From a virus: a stretch of DNA of 64,000 bases. The DNA is taken from positions 40,427 to 104,426 of the IMG/VR virus record IMGVR_UViG_3300042893_000684. One strand, given 5' to 3'. A model generated the notes under the pieces. It made no database searches, was not told the DNA's origin, and worked only from the letters and a program-made list of their open reading frames with translations. Of the stretch, positions 39,307 through 48,248 are shown one piece after another. How positions within the stretch are numbered: position 1 is the first letter of the stretch; every line of letters begins with the position of its first letter. Made by a program: the position numbers and the translations under genes.

Positions 39307-41098
39307 GTTTACCGACCTTATCGACATGCTTGATGGAGAGGAGTTCGATGAAAAACCAGTCGATCTTAAAACGTTTGTTAGAAGTCCAGAATACCTTGGG
39401 CTTCCAGAACTTTCCGACTATCAGTACACGCTTATCGAAAAAAGCTCGCAAATTTATAAAGATTCAACCCTTATCAAATTATTTGGAGAAGAAGAAGGAA
39501 GAATAAGATTTAAACAAACTGCAAATGAAGTAGTTGCTCAGCTTGGCAAAGGTTCAGGAAAAGATTACTGCTCAACAATTGCAGTTGCCTATATAGTATA
39601 TTTATTATTGTGCTTAAAAGACCCAGCCACATATTACGGAAAGCCTCCAGGAGATAGCATTGATATCATTAATATTGCTATTAACTCTCAGCAGGCAAGC
39701 AACGTATTCTTTAAAGGATTTAAAACAAGAATTGAAAAGTCCCCTTGGTTTGCAGGAAGATACACAGACAAAGCAGCAGAAGTTAAGTTTGATAAAGCAA
39801 TAACAGTACACTCAGGCCACTCAGAGCGTGAAGCCTGGGAAGGATATAACGTTATCGTTGTTATTCTAGATGAGATTTCTGGCTTTGCAATTGAAAATAC
39901 AACAGGGCACGACCAAGCAAAAACAGGTGCGGCTATATATGACATGTATCGTGCATCAGTAGACTCTCGTTTTCCAGACTTCGGCAAAGTTATTTTGCTT
40001 TCATTCCCCAGATACAAAAACGATTATATTCAGCAAAGATACAATGCCGTCGTAGCTGACGTTGAAACAGTTGTTCGTGATCATCGGTTTAAGATGGATG
40101 AAGATCTACCAGATGGAACAGTAGGAAATGAGTTTGAGATTCAATGGGAGGAAGACCATATCCTTTCATATAAAATTCCTAGAGTATACGCTTTAAAGAG
40201 ACCAACTTGGGAAGTTAATCCAGTAAGAAAGATTGATGACTTTAAGGTTGCATTTTTTACAAACCCTATGGACGCTTTATCACGTTTTGCATGTATGCCA
40301 CCTGATGCAGTTGATGCATTCTTTAAGTCAAGAGAAAAGGTTGAGAAGGCTTTTAATAAAGCCCACCTAGCAGTAGATAACTTTGGTAGATTAGAAGAAT
40401 GGTTTATACCAGATCCAGATAAAGAATACTTTATACACGTTGACCTTGCTCAAAAACATGACCACTGTGCAGTTGCAATGGCTCACGTTAACAAATGGGT
40501 TAACATAAAAGTAACAGATACCTATTCACAGCCTGCACCAATTATTGAAATAGATGCAGTAAGATTTTGGACACCAACAAAAGATAAGTCTGTAGACTTT
40601 ACAGAAGTTAAAGACTATATTCTTTCATTAAAAACAAGAGGATTTAAAATTCGTGTATGTACCTTTGACAGATGGAATTCACATGATATGATGCAACAAC
40701 TAAAACAATACGGCATCAATACAGAAATTCTGTCTGTCGCTAAAAAACATTACGATGATATGGCAATGGTTGTTGCCGAAGAAAGAGTAGTCGGACCACA
40801 CATACCATTGCTTATAGACGAGCTATGCCAGCTTAGAATTATGAGAGACAAGGTTGACCACCCAAGAAAAGGCTCTAAGGATTTAGCGGACGCAGTGTGC
40901 GGATCAATTTATAATTCAATAAGCAGGAGCAAATTTGATTCTAATCAAGAAGTTAATATACACACCTATGAGTCAATGAGTTACGACAATGATTTTGGAA
41001 CAGAGGCAGACGGAGAAACAAATTCTTATAATATGATTAGGGCTCCAAGAATGCCAGAAAATTTAAAAGACGCAATGGACAGGATGCAAATAATATGA
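39296..41098 (+). CDS. Terminase large subunit
   Basis: GKGSGKD Walker A, VILDE Walker B, HVDLA...D, DH....SKD.ADA. Confidence 0.85.
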   Translation: MSFEFTDLIDMLDGEEFDEKPVDLKTFVRSPEYLGLPELSDYQYTLIEKSSQIYKDSTLIKLFGEEEGRIRFKQTANEVVAQLGKGSGKDYCSTIAVAYIVYLLLCLKDPATYYGKPPGDSIDIINIAINSQQASNVFFKGFKTRIEKSPWFAGRYTDKAAEVKFDKAITVHSGHSEREAWEGYNVIVVILDEISGFAIENTTGHDQAKTGAAIYDMYRASVDSRFPDFGKVILLSFPRYKNDYIQQRYNAVVADVETVVRDHRFKMDEDLPDGTVGNEFEIQWEEDHILSYKIPRVYALKRPTWEVNPVRKIDDFKVAFFTNPMDALSRFACMPPDAVDAFFKSREKVEKAFNKAHLAVDNFGRLEEWFIPDPDKEYFIHVDLAQKHDHCAVAMAHVNKWVNIKVTDTYSQPAPIIEIDAVRFWTPTKDKSVDFTEVKDYILSLKTRGFKIRVCTFDRWNSHDMMQQLKQYGINTEILSVAKKHYDDMAMVVAEERVVGPHIPLLIDELCQLRIMRDKVDHPRKGSKDLADAVCGSIYNSISRSKFDSNQEVNIHTYESMSYDNDFGTEADGETNSYNMIRAPRMPENLKDAMDRMQII

Positions 41099-41343
41099 GC
41101 ACGTATCAAGAAAAAGCAAAAGAATGTAAGTGCTGTGGAAAACACGTACCACTACCTACTGTATTAAAAGAATATAATGGAATAGTTCTTTGCCCAACTA
41201 CATTCTCTAATGTAATTGAGTATAAAAGAATATGGAAACTCGCTGGTCACAGACCAATGGGAAATATTAGAAAACATTTTTCAGATTATGTTCAGCAAAT
41301 AGTTGAAGCAACTATTGACAAAAATGAAGACGGCACGTTATAA
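41095..41343 (+). CDS. Hypothetical protein
   Basis: Coupled ORF with CKCC. Confidence 0.5.
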   Translation: MSTYQEKAKECKCCGKHVPLPTVLKEYNGIVLCPTTFSNVIEYKRIWKLAGHRPMGNIRKHFSDYVQQIVEATIDKNEDGTL

Positions 41344-41354
41344 TAGACTTCTAA

Positions 41355-41428
41355 GCAACAATAGCTTAGTTGGTTAAAGCCCCGAACTCATAATTCGGTA
41401 ATCGTAGGTTCAAGTCCTACTTGTTGCA
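41355..41428 (+). tRNA. tRNA anticodon CAT (elongator Met or Ile2)
   Basis: GCAACAA/TTGTTGC acceptor stem, CCGAA/TTCGG anticodon stem, TTCAAGT T loop. Confidence 0.85.
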
Positions 41429-41440
41429 CAGGGAGACAAT

Positions 41441-41761
41441 ATGACAGAAGACGAAGCAAATGATGCAAGGCTTGCATACTACTTAGAAATAGGTGCCGTA
41501 AGTTTTGAAGGTGTTGATGAAAACGGAGAAATAATTTATTCAATTAGTGATAGTGCAAAAGAATTAGCTCCAGAGCTTTGGCAATCACATATAGACTATG
41601 TAGATAAGTCTTTAATGGATTTGTATGAAAAAGGTCTTGCCCATATTGAGTACAATGAAGATTTAGAAGCAATTATTAGCTTAAGCCCAGAGGGCCAAAA
41701 GCTTGCAAAAGAAATGGGATTGATTGAAATGGATCTGGATCAAGATATTCCAAATGATTAG
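41441..41761 (+). CDS. Hypothetical protein
   Basis: SD GGGAG. Confidence 0.6.
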   Translation: MTEDEANDARLAYYLEIGAVSFEGVDENGEIIYSISDSAKELAPELWQSHIDYVDKSLMDLYEKGLAHIEYNEDLEAIISLSPEGQKLAKEMGLIEMDLDQDIPND

Positions 41762-41766
41762 TCTAT

Positions 41767-41839
41767 GCCTTCGTAGCTCAGGGGATAGAGCGAGACTCTT
41801 CTAAGGTCTGCGTCGCAGGTTCGATTCCTGCCGAGGGCA
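41767..41839 (+). tRNA. tRNA-Arg(TCT)
   Basis: Cloverleaf; A20 present; TTCGATT T loop. Confidence 0.9.
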
Positions 41840-41843
41840 CAAT

Positions 41844-41914
41844 GCGGATGTTGCATATTGGTAGTGCCTCTGCCTTCCAAGCAGAAGGGGTGAGTTCGAT
41901 TCTCATCATCCGCT
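41844..41914 (+). tRNA. tRNA-Gly(TCC)
   Basis: GCGGATG/CATCCGC acceptor stem, U73. Confidence 0.9.
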
Positions 41915-41969
41915 CAAATAAAAAAATGCTATACTAATCATATGCAGTACAAAAAATAAGGAGAACAAG

Positions 41970-42179
41970 ATGAACGTTTTAAAAAAGCTTAAGGATTTTT
42001 TTGGAGTTAAAGAAGATGTCTATTCTGTAAACATAGATGAGATTTTAGCACCAGCCAAGAAGGCTGCCAAGAAAGCTCCAGCAAAGAAGGTAGCCAAGAA
42101 GGCTCCTGCAAAAAAGACAGCTAAAAAGGCACCAGTCAAGAAGGTGGCTAAGAAAGCGCCAACTAAGAAGGCTAAGTAA
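41970..42179 (+). CDS. Histone H1-like Lys/Ala-rich protein
   Basis: PAKK/AKKA repeats; SD AAGGAG. Confidence 0.7.
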   Translation: MNVLKKLKDFFGVKEDVYSVNIDEILAPAKKAAKKAPAKKVAKKAPAKKTAKKAPVKKVAKKAPTKKAK

Positions 42180-42583
42180 TGTTTGAGTACTACGTTAAAA
42201 AGGTTACAAAGGTTGTAGACGGAGATACCATCGATGTAGATATTGATCTTGGATTTGATATCTCATTTAGCTCACGAGTTAGGTTGGCGGGAATAGATAC
42301 TCCTGAAAGCCGTACCACAGACAAAATGGAAAAAGCGCTTGGCCTTGAATCTAAAGAGTATTTAAAGAAAGCAATTGATGCATCTAAGACTGTTGTTATT
42401 AAAACAGAAAAAATGGACTCATCAGAAAAATACGGGCGTATTCTTGGATGGCTATTCCTAGACGGATCTAAAGTATCAGTCAATGAACAAATGATTGCCG
42501 ATGGATATGCTTGGGGATACCTAGGGGATACCAAGGTAAAGGACTTTGAAGCACTTGCTAAAGTAAGGGCTAAGAAGAAATAG
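42179..42583 (+). CDS. Thermonuclease (SNase family)
   Basis: VVDGDTI, RLAGIDTPE, KYGRIL. Confidence 0.85.
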   Translation: MFEYYVKKVTKVVDGDTIDVDIDLGFDISFSSRVRLAGIDTPESRTTDKMEKALGLESKEYLKKAIDASKTVVIKTEKMDSSEKYGRILGWLFLDGSKVSVNEQMIADGYAWGYLGDTKVKDFEALAKVRAKKK

Positions 42584-42611
42584 ACAAGATATAAATATTT
42601 TGCTATAATAG

Positions 42612-42671
42612 TATACGGACTGCTCAATAGAGGGTCCGTATATTAATTTATTCGCTTGAAAGGGGAATAAC
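42612..42671 (+). promoter_or_regulatory. Two-hairpin 5' UTR, ROSE-like RNA thermometer candidate
   Basis: UCGCU (42652-42656) pairs over SD AGGGG; promoter TAGACA-17-TATAAT at 42581-42609. Confidence 0.55.
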
Positions 42672-43088
42672 ATGGTAACACAATTCGCAATGGATCTATT
42701 TAATGATCCTTTTTTTATTGGCTTTAACAGGGACCTAGCCCGTCTAAATAGTGCACACAAAATTAACTCTCAATCATATCCTCCATATGATCTTCTTAAA
42801 TTAGATGAAGACACATATAGGCTATCACTTGCTATTGCAGGATTTACCAAAGAAGATGTAAGTGTTTCAGTGGAAGATGGAACGCTTATTATTAAGGGTG
42901 AAATTGTAGAGGTTACAGATGCAGAAATTGTTCACAAAGGTATTGCTGGTAGAAAGTTCGTAAGATCTTTTGCTCTAGGTGAATACATGGAAGTATCTGG
43001 TGCAGAGCTAAAGGACGGCATGCTACATATTAATGTTGATCGCATTGTTCCAGAAGAAAAAAAGCCTAAAGCAATTAAAATCAAGTAA
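42672..43088 (+). CDS. Small heat-shock protein (Hsp20/IbpA family)
   Basis: YPPY, A.AGF, HKGIA.R.F.R.F.L, A...DG.L. Confidence 0.9.
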   Translation: MVTQFAMDLFNDPFFIGFNRDLARLNSAHKINSQSYPPYDLLKLDEDTYRLSLAIAGFTKEDVSVSVEDGTLIIKGEIVEVTDAEIVHKGIAGRKFVRSFALGEYMEVSGAELKDGMLHINVDRIVPEEKKPKAIKIK

Positions 43089-43100
43089 GGTATAATAGAA

Positions 43101-43181
43101 ATCTGCACCCCGTCACTGGGAAGTCGCAGATAGCGGGCCGTTACCCGCAGGATGGACCTGAGTATGTCCCGAAACTGCTCA
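43101..43181 (+). ncRNA. Candidate structured RNA: two hairpins plus H-type pseudoknot
   Basis: ATCTGC/GCAGAT; GCGGG/CCCGC; GGAC/GTCC with loop TGAGTA pairing TGCTCA; TATAAT at 43091. Confidence 0.5.
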
Positions 43182-43201
43182 TTATAATTAAAGGATAGGT
43201 A

Positions 43202-43390
43202 ATGCCAGTATACGAATACAAGTGCTCATATGATGATGCACATCCAACAATGTCAGTACATAGATCTATTAATGATAATGATCCAGGATACACATGCGTA
43301 GAGTGTGAAGCAAATATGACAAGACACTTTACACCGTTCGGCATACAGTTTAAAGGTAACGGGTTTTATAAAACAGACAATCCTAAATAG
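43202..43390 (+). CDS. FmdB-family zinc-ribbon protein
   Basis: MP.YEYKC...C..C...FKG.GFY.TD. Confidence 0.8.
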   Translation: MPVYEYKCSYDDAHPTMSVHRSINDNDPGYTCVECEANMTRHFTPFGIQFKGNGFYKTDNPK

Positions 43391-43441
43391 TTCAATGATA
43401 TAATTAACTAAGCAGACATAGTGTTTGTTTAGGAGTTATAG

Positions 43442-45385
43442 TTGACTAGGACTAAAGCATGGAGATTATCATTAGCATTCATTTTAATGTTTGGATGGCT
43501 ATTTCTCACACCTGCTTATAGCGATGATCCACTTTCAGTTGCCGCTGAAGAGATAGCAGAACTAAACGAAAAGGTAACAAATCTTACAGAAGAGGCAGAT
43601 ACTAGAGCCTTAATAAATATAGCAGAAGACAAATACGATGCAGCAGTAGCATCAAAATCTGCTAGGGATAGCGCATATGCTGCATATAATGAGGCGGTAG
43701 AAGCAGAAACAACAGCATTGTCTGAAAAAACAACAGCTCAATCAGCAGTAGATGGGCAAACGGTAACAGTTGCTACAGCCTTAGAAGATAAAAACGATGC
43801 TCAAGATGTATTAGATATAGCAAACATAAATCTACAAACAACGCAATCTACTGTTCAATCCGCTGGTAATCAGGGACTGGAATATACTGTTTATACCTTA
43901 TTAAGAAATGGTAGCCAAGCAGTGACTGGATCTGTTATATGTACTGGTATATGGAATTCAAATTTAATGAACCTCCCAGTTTGCGGATATTACGAAGATA
44001 TCATTGTTAAGTTTACTGGAAAAATTACAGTTCCTTCAGACTGGACTTCAGTATATTTTGCAGGATATACAGATGATGGTTTTAGGATGTATGTGGACGG
44101 AAACCTTGCCGTTGATAACTGGGTAGAACAAGGATCGACATGGAGTCCTTACTCACCAGTTTATGATGTTAGTCAAGATAAAACTTTAGATGTAGAAATA
44201 TGGTGGTATAACGGTGGCGGCCCAGGCTCGTATCACCTTGGCTGGTCAATTCCAGGCGGGTGGACTGGTGCGGGATGTGCTTATACTGGAGGATGGGGTA
44301 TAGGATTTAGTTGTAATTTAAATACATTTTCTTATGGCGTAGGTGCAACACAATCACAAATTGATGCATACAATGCAGCAGTAACTGCACAGGCGACGGC
44401 ACAGACAGATTACAATACTAAGCTTGCTACATACAATACAGCAAATTCTACATTAACCACATACAGTCAAACATTAACAACTAAGACTAATACCTATAAT
44501 ACTGCAGTAACAAATACAGCAAATGCATTAGCTGCTAAAAATAATACACAGTCAACTTATGATCAATCTATTATTAATTTAAATAATGCAATAGATGATG
44601 CATGGGAATTATATAATGAAACTTGGCAATTTGAAGAACAACAAAGAGTTGCTGCAGCAATAGCTGCTGCTATGGCAAATCAACCGCAACCAACTCCAGA
44701 TGCAACAACTGATCCTACGCCTGAACCTTCTCCTGAGCCATCACCTGAACAAACTGAACCAGACGATTCCACTCCAACTCCAGATTCTGAAACCACAGAT
44801 GAACCGACACCAGATCCAACTCCTGAGACAGAGCCCACTGATGAGCCTTCACCAGAGCCTTCACCTCAGCCATCGGATATAGATCAAGAGCCAACTCCTG
44901 AACCAGAGCCAACTCCTGCTGAACCTTCTGAAGAACCATCTACCAATACTATCACAGAAGAGACAGCAAACCTAATTGCAGATTTAACAAGCAAAGATAC
45001 ATTAACTAAATTAACTCCAGAACAAAAAACGGCTGTTGCGGAAGGACTTGGAATTAGAGCATCAGAAATAGCAAAGGTGGCAGCATTAGCTGCTACTGAT
45101 AAAAATTTAGCAACAGCTCTAGAAGAATTCGGTGATAGAATTAAAGAAAACGCTAGTGCTCCAATGCCATATACATTAGCAGATGCAACAACAGAGGTTG
45201 CCACAGAAGCATTTTTATCAGACCCAATTGGAGCTATTGCGGATATTGATTTTGAGAAATTATTTAGCCCATCAGAATGGGGTAAGGATATGACGGATGA
45301 TCAAAGAGAAAAAGCACAAGAGGTTGTAGTGCCAGTAATTATTGCAGGAAATATAGTGGCAGCAGCCATGACAAGGAGGATATAA
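43442..45385 (+). CDS. Exported protein: signal peptide, coiled coil, PA14-like domain, Pro/Glu/Thr linker, C-terminal hydrophobic segment
   Basis: TDDG.R.YVDG..DNW..Q and WYNGGG PA14 signature. Confidence 0.7.
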   Translation: MTRTKAWRLSLAFILMFGWLFLTPAYSDDPLSVAAEEIAELNEKVTNLTEEADTRALINIAEDKYDAAVASKSARDSAYAAYNEAVEAETTALSEKTTAQSAVDGQTVTVATALEDKNDAQDVLDIANINLQTTQSTVQSAGNQGLEYTVYTLLRNGSQAVTGSVICTGIWNSNLMNLPVCGYYEDIIVKFTGKITVPSDWTSVYFAGYTDDGFRMYVDGNLAVDNWVEQGSTWSPYSPVYDVSQDKTLDVEIWWYNGGGPGSYHLGWSIPGGWTGAGCAYTGGWGIGFSCNLNTFSYGVGATQSQIDAYNAAVTAQATAQTDYNTKLATYNTANSTLTTYSQTLTTKTNTYNTAVTNTANALAAKNNTQSTYDQSIINLNNAIDDAWELYNETWQFEEQQRVAAAIAAAMANQPQPTPDATTDPTPEPSPEPSPEQTEPDDSTPTPDSETTDEPTPDPTPETEPTDEPSPEPSPQPSDIDQEPTPEPEPTPAEPSEEPSTNTITEETANLIADLTSKDTLTKLTPEQKTAVAEGLGIRASEIAKVAALAATDKNLATALEEFGDRIKENASAPMPYTLADATTEVATEAFLSDPIGAIADIDFEKLFSPSEWGKDMTDDQREKAQEVVVPVIIAGNIVAAAMTRRI

Positions 45386-45582
45386 TGAAAATAATTAAAG
45401 GTTTCTTTAATTGGATATGGGAAGCAGTAAAGGAAAGCATAGCCCAACTATGGACCCTCCTTGGGTTCTTTATAGCCTGGCTAACCCTTACAGGGACAGC
45501 ACAGGATGTAGTCGGCATAGCAACAGTAATAGTTACTGTAATTTGGCTAATTACCATACCCCTCAGAAAAGACGAGGAATAA
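45385..45582 (+). CDS. Small 2-TM membrane protein (holin-like)
   Basis: Two hydrophobic helices, charged C-terminus. Confidence 0.5.
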   Translation: MKIIKGFFNWIWEAVKESIAQLWTLLGFFIAWLTLTGTAQDVVGIATVIVTVIWLITIPLRKDEE

Positions 45583-45596
45583 GGTATAATAGAGTT

Positions 45597-45815
45597 ATGA
45601 AAAGAATAACTGCTATTGCTTTGTCAGGTCTATTGATGCTATCATTGACTGGTTGCGGCTATCAAGGTTTTTACAGATACCCATGCCAAGACCCTGCTAA
45701 TTGGGAGAAAGCTGAATGCAATCCTCCAATTTGTGAAGCGACAGGCACATGCACTAAAGATGTAATTGGTAAAGATCCAATTGCAGAAGACAAGACGGGT
45801 ACACCAAATGGCTAA
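45597..45815 (+). CDS. Lipoprotein (leaderless), Cys/Pro-rich
   Basis: MKRITAIALSGLLMLSLTG-C lipobox; TATAAT 6 nt before ATG. Confidence 0.7.
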   Translation: MKRITAIALSGLLMLSLTGCGYQGFYRYPCQDPANWEKAECNPPICEATGTCTKDVIGKDPIAEDKTGTPNG

Positions 45816-46218
45816 AGAAAGACTAAGTCCACAGGATCTAGATGCTAGATTAAAATTTATTTTAGGAATTACATTAGGCACAATTCTTTTGTGCACATCA
45901 TTGGGCATTCTGTATGCTCTAATTTTCGTAACACAACCAATTGGCGGACAGTCAGAGAACGATAAGATGTTCTTTAATGTGCTTGGTTCTGTTGCAACAT
46001 TTATTACAGGAACACTTGCAGGCCTATTAATTGGTCAATCTGGTGCTAAGGATATTATGTCGGCACAGATAGCAAATAAAGAAGTAGATGCAAAGAATAC
46101 ACAGGCTGATAAAAAGCTCGAAGCAGAGATTGATGCTACTGCAGCACGACTAGCAGCAAAGCCAGACGGAGCAATGCCAGAAGAGCAACCAGTAGACACA
46201 GATTGGGATAAAGACTAA
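45808..46218 (+). CDS. 2-TM membrane protein with C-terminal coiled coil
   Basis: Two TM segments; directly before endolysin. Confidence 0.6.
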   Translation: MAKERLSPQDLDARLKFILGITLGTILLCTSLGILYALIFVTQPIGGQSENDKMFFNVLGSVATFITGTLAGLLIGQSGAKDIMSAQIANKEVDAKNTQADKKLEAEIDATAARLAAKPDGAMPEEQPVDTDWDKD

Positions 46219-46802
46219 TGGCAGACCAAGGTACAGCAGCACGTTTAATTGAAGTTGCTACAGCAGAACTAGGAACTATTGAAGGTCCTAAAGATAACGA
46301 AACTAAGTACGGTGCTTTTATGAAAGCAAACTTTCAGCCATGGTGTGGATCATTTGTTAACTGGTGTGCAAATGAAGCGGGAGTAAAGATTCCTAATACT
46401 GTATACACCCCAGGAGGAGCCGCAGCATTTAAGAAGGCTGGGGCATGGATCGATGGAGACATTGCAGATCCAGAGCCAGGAGATATTGCCTATTTTGATT
46501 TCCCATCAGATGGCGTCGATAGAATTTCTCACGTTGGAATTGTTGTAAAAGATAACGAAGACGGAACTGTCTGGTGTATCGAAGGTAACACTTCTTCAAA
46601 GAAGGCTGGAAGCCAAAGAAATGGTGGAGAAACTTGCAAGCAACTTCGTGCTTATAAAAAGAACAAAGCTGGAGTAATGATTTCAATCGTAGGATTTGGT
46701 CGCCCAAAGTTTAAGGGTTCATCTGCAGCATCTGCTCCATCTGCTTCAGCAAAAAAGACTGCTAAATCTCAGCCAAAAGTTTGCCCAACCTGCGGTAAGT
46801 AA
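46218..46802 (+). CDS. Endolysin, CHAP domain
   Basis: PWCGSFV, PGDI, SHVGIV, IEGN. Confidence 0.85.
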   Translation: MADQGTAARLIEVATAELGTIEGPKDNETKYGAFMKANFQPWCGSFVNWCANEAGVKIPNTVYTPGGAAAFKKAGAWIDGDIADPEPGDIAYFDFPSDGVDRISHVGIVVKDNEDGTVWCIEGNTSSKKAGSQRNGGETCKQLRAYKKNKAGVMISIVGFGRPKFKGSSAASAPSASAKKTAKSQPKVCPTCGK

Positions 46803-46951
46803 TGAATACCTACAGGGTTAAGTTAGAAGTAGAAGCAGAAGTAGAGGCTTTTAACGAAACTGATGCCAAAGACTATGTAGCAGATATATTTAATATCGAC
46901 GATGAAATTAAAAAAGTTAATATAATTAAAATAACAGAAAAAAACAAATAA
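46802..46951 (+). CDS. 49-aa hypothetical protein (not in ORF track)
   Basis: MNTYRVKLEVEAEVEAF...; TAATG coupling. Confidence 0.55.
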   Translation: MNTYRVKLEVEAEVEAFNETDAKDYVADIFNIDDEIKKVNIIKITEKNK

Positions 46952-47012
46952 AATCCTTGACAGAGCCGCAGTTTTTAATGTATAATAATACAAGAGACTG
47001 CGGTTTCTGCTT

Positions 47013-47085
47013 TGGCTCATAGCTCAGCAGGCAGAGCGGGAAGCTGTTAACTTCTAGGTCCTAGGTTCGAGTCCTAGTGGGCCAG
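47013..47085 (+). tRNA. tRNA-Asn(GTT)
   Basis: Cloverleaf, G73; promoter TTGACA-18-TATAAT at 46957-46986. Confidence 0.9.
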
Positions 47086-47122
47086 CAAAGCAATCTAGGC
47101 GGACTTACTAGATAGGAAAGAA

Positions 47123-47356
47123 ATGCTTAATCTTACACTTAAAGGTGTAGAGGTTTTTATGAAAAGATCAAAGACAAAAAATCAAGAATCTTTTTGGGAA
47201 AACTATGATTTACTAATTTGGAAACAGTCTGCAGGCGGATTTACTGATGTAAAGGGTATGTTCCGAAAGAATCAATGGGGAGTTACAGAGAGAATTCCTG
47301 TTAACGAAAACGGAATATGGAAGTTGCCAACAAAATATGTCAGACATTTTAAATGA
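47123..47356 (+). CDS. Hypothetical protein
   Basis: ORF with SD. Confidence 0.55.
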   Translation: MLNLTLKGVEVFMKRSKTKNQESFWENYDLLIWKQSAGGFTDVKGMFRKNQWGVTERIPVNENGIWKLPTKYVRHFK

Positions 47357-47654
47357 ATTAGGCGTAGATGAAGATGATCTTGATTGGTTCCACCTTGGTA
47401 TTTGTAGAGGTATGGACACAAACTTATTCTATGATAAATATGAAGCAGATATAAATATAGCAAAAAGTATTGATGAGGCTTGCCTTTCTTGCCCCGTTTC
47501 AAAGATGTGTTACCAAGCTGGGATAGAAAATGATGAGCAAGGAGTATGGGGCGGGATCTACTTAAACTCTGGAGCAATAGATAAGTCAAGGAATGTACAT
47601 AAGACAGCAGATGTTTGGAAAAGGATAAGGTCTAAAAATGGAATTCATAAATAA
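47337..47654 (+). CDS. whiB: WhiB-family transcription factor
   Basis: C...LF...CxxCPV...C...GVWGG. Confidence 0.85.
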   Translation: MSDILNELGVDEDDLDWFHLGICRGMDTNLFYDKYEADINIAKSIDEACLSCPVSKMCYQAGIENDEQGVWGGIYLNSGAIDKSRNVHKTADVWKRIRSKNGIHK

Positions 47655-47970
47655 AGATAAGAATCACTTTAAGTATGGAATAAATCAATGGACGGGTGAG
47701 CCAAATAAGCCAGTGTTTTACAATAAAGAAATGGCTATTGCTGTAAGAGGAATAAAAAAGCCAGTAATTGGTTTGCAGATGGACATCATAAAGTACCCTG
47801 AGTTTCTTTGTTTAAGGCTATATGAAGATAACTTCATTCAGTTTACTGGAAATAAAAAAGAGATGGTTATTGATTATCTTGGAAAAGTTAAGAAAGTAAT
47901 TGAATCTTACGGGGTAAGATGTGAATTAGAAGGCGTACCAAGCCAAAATGTACTAGGAAAAGGAATCTAA
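47638..47970 (+). CDS. Hypothetical protein
   Basis: Coupled ORF. Confidence 0.55.
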   Translation: MEFINKDKNHFKYGINQWTGEPNKPVFYNKEMAIAVRGIKKPVIGLQMDIIKYPEFLCLRLYEDNFIQFTGNKKEMVIDYLGKVKKVIESYGVRCELEGVPSQNVLGKGI

Positions 47971-47971
47971 A

Positions 47972-48208
47972 TTGGAAAAAATATTGTGTTATTGCTGCAA
48001 CAAAAGCAAGAATAAGCTTACTGTAAAGAAATCATCATTGCTGCCAATTAATCTATTTCTGTGTGAAACATGCATAGCTAATAAATTTGAGCCACGATGG
48101 GTCATCATTCTGTCTGGCAGGCAACTGGGTCCAGAGGCAGTAAAAGAATTTATTGTTAAAAAAAGATATATTGGCTCTGATATTGCCGCTTCAGAATTGT
48201 TTGTTTAA
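47972..48208 (+). CDS. Zn-binding hypothetical protein
   Basis: CxxC...CETC; TTG start with SD. Confidence 0.5.
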   Translation: MEKILCYCCNKSKNKLTVKKSSLLPINLFLCETCIANKFEPRWVIILSGRQLGPEAVKEFIVKKRYIGSDIAASELFV

Positions 48209-48248
48209 CTCTTAATTAGCACTTATTTCACGGTATAATTAGTTTATC

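Noticed and set aside
27607-41098. Inteins or introns in DnaB, DnaE, RecA or terminase
   Set aside because: Lengths are normal, motifs are contiguous, and no C...HN splice signature was seen
41355-41428. Initiator tRNA-fMet
   Set aside because: G1-C72 is paired and the GGG/CCC anticodon stem is absent
43154-43181. CTGAG...GAAAC as hammerhead ribozyme
   Set aside because: Core is CUGAGUA, not CUGAnGA, and stems I and III are not present
44680-44945. Pro/Glu/Thr DNA repeats
   Set aside because: Explained by a low-complexity protein linker
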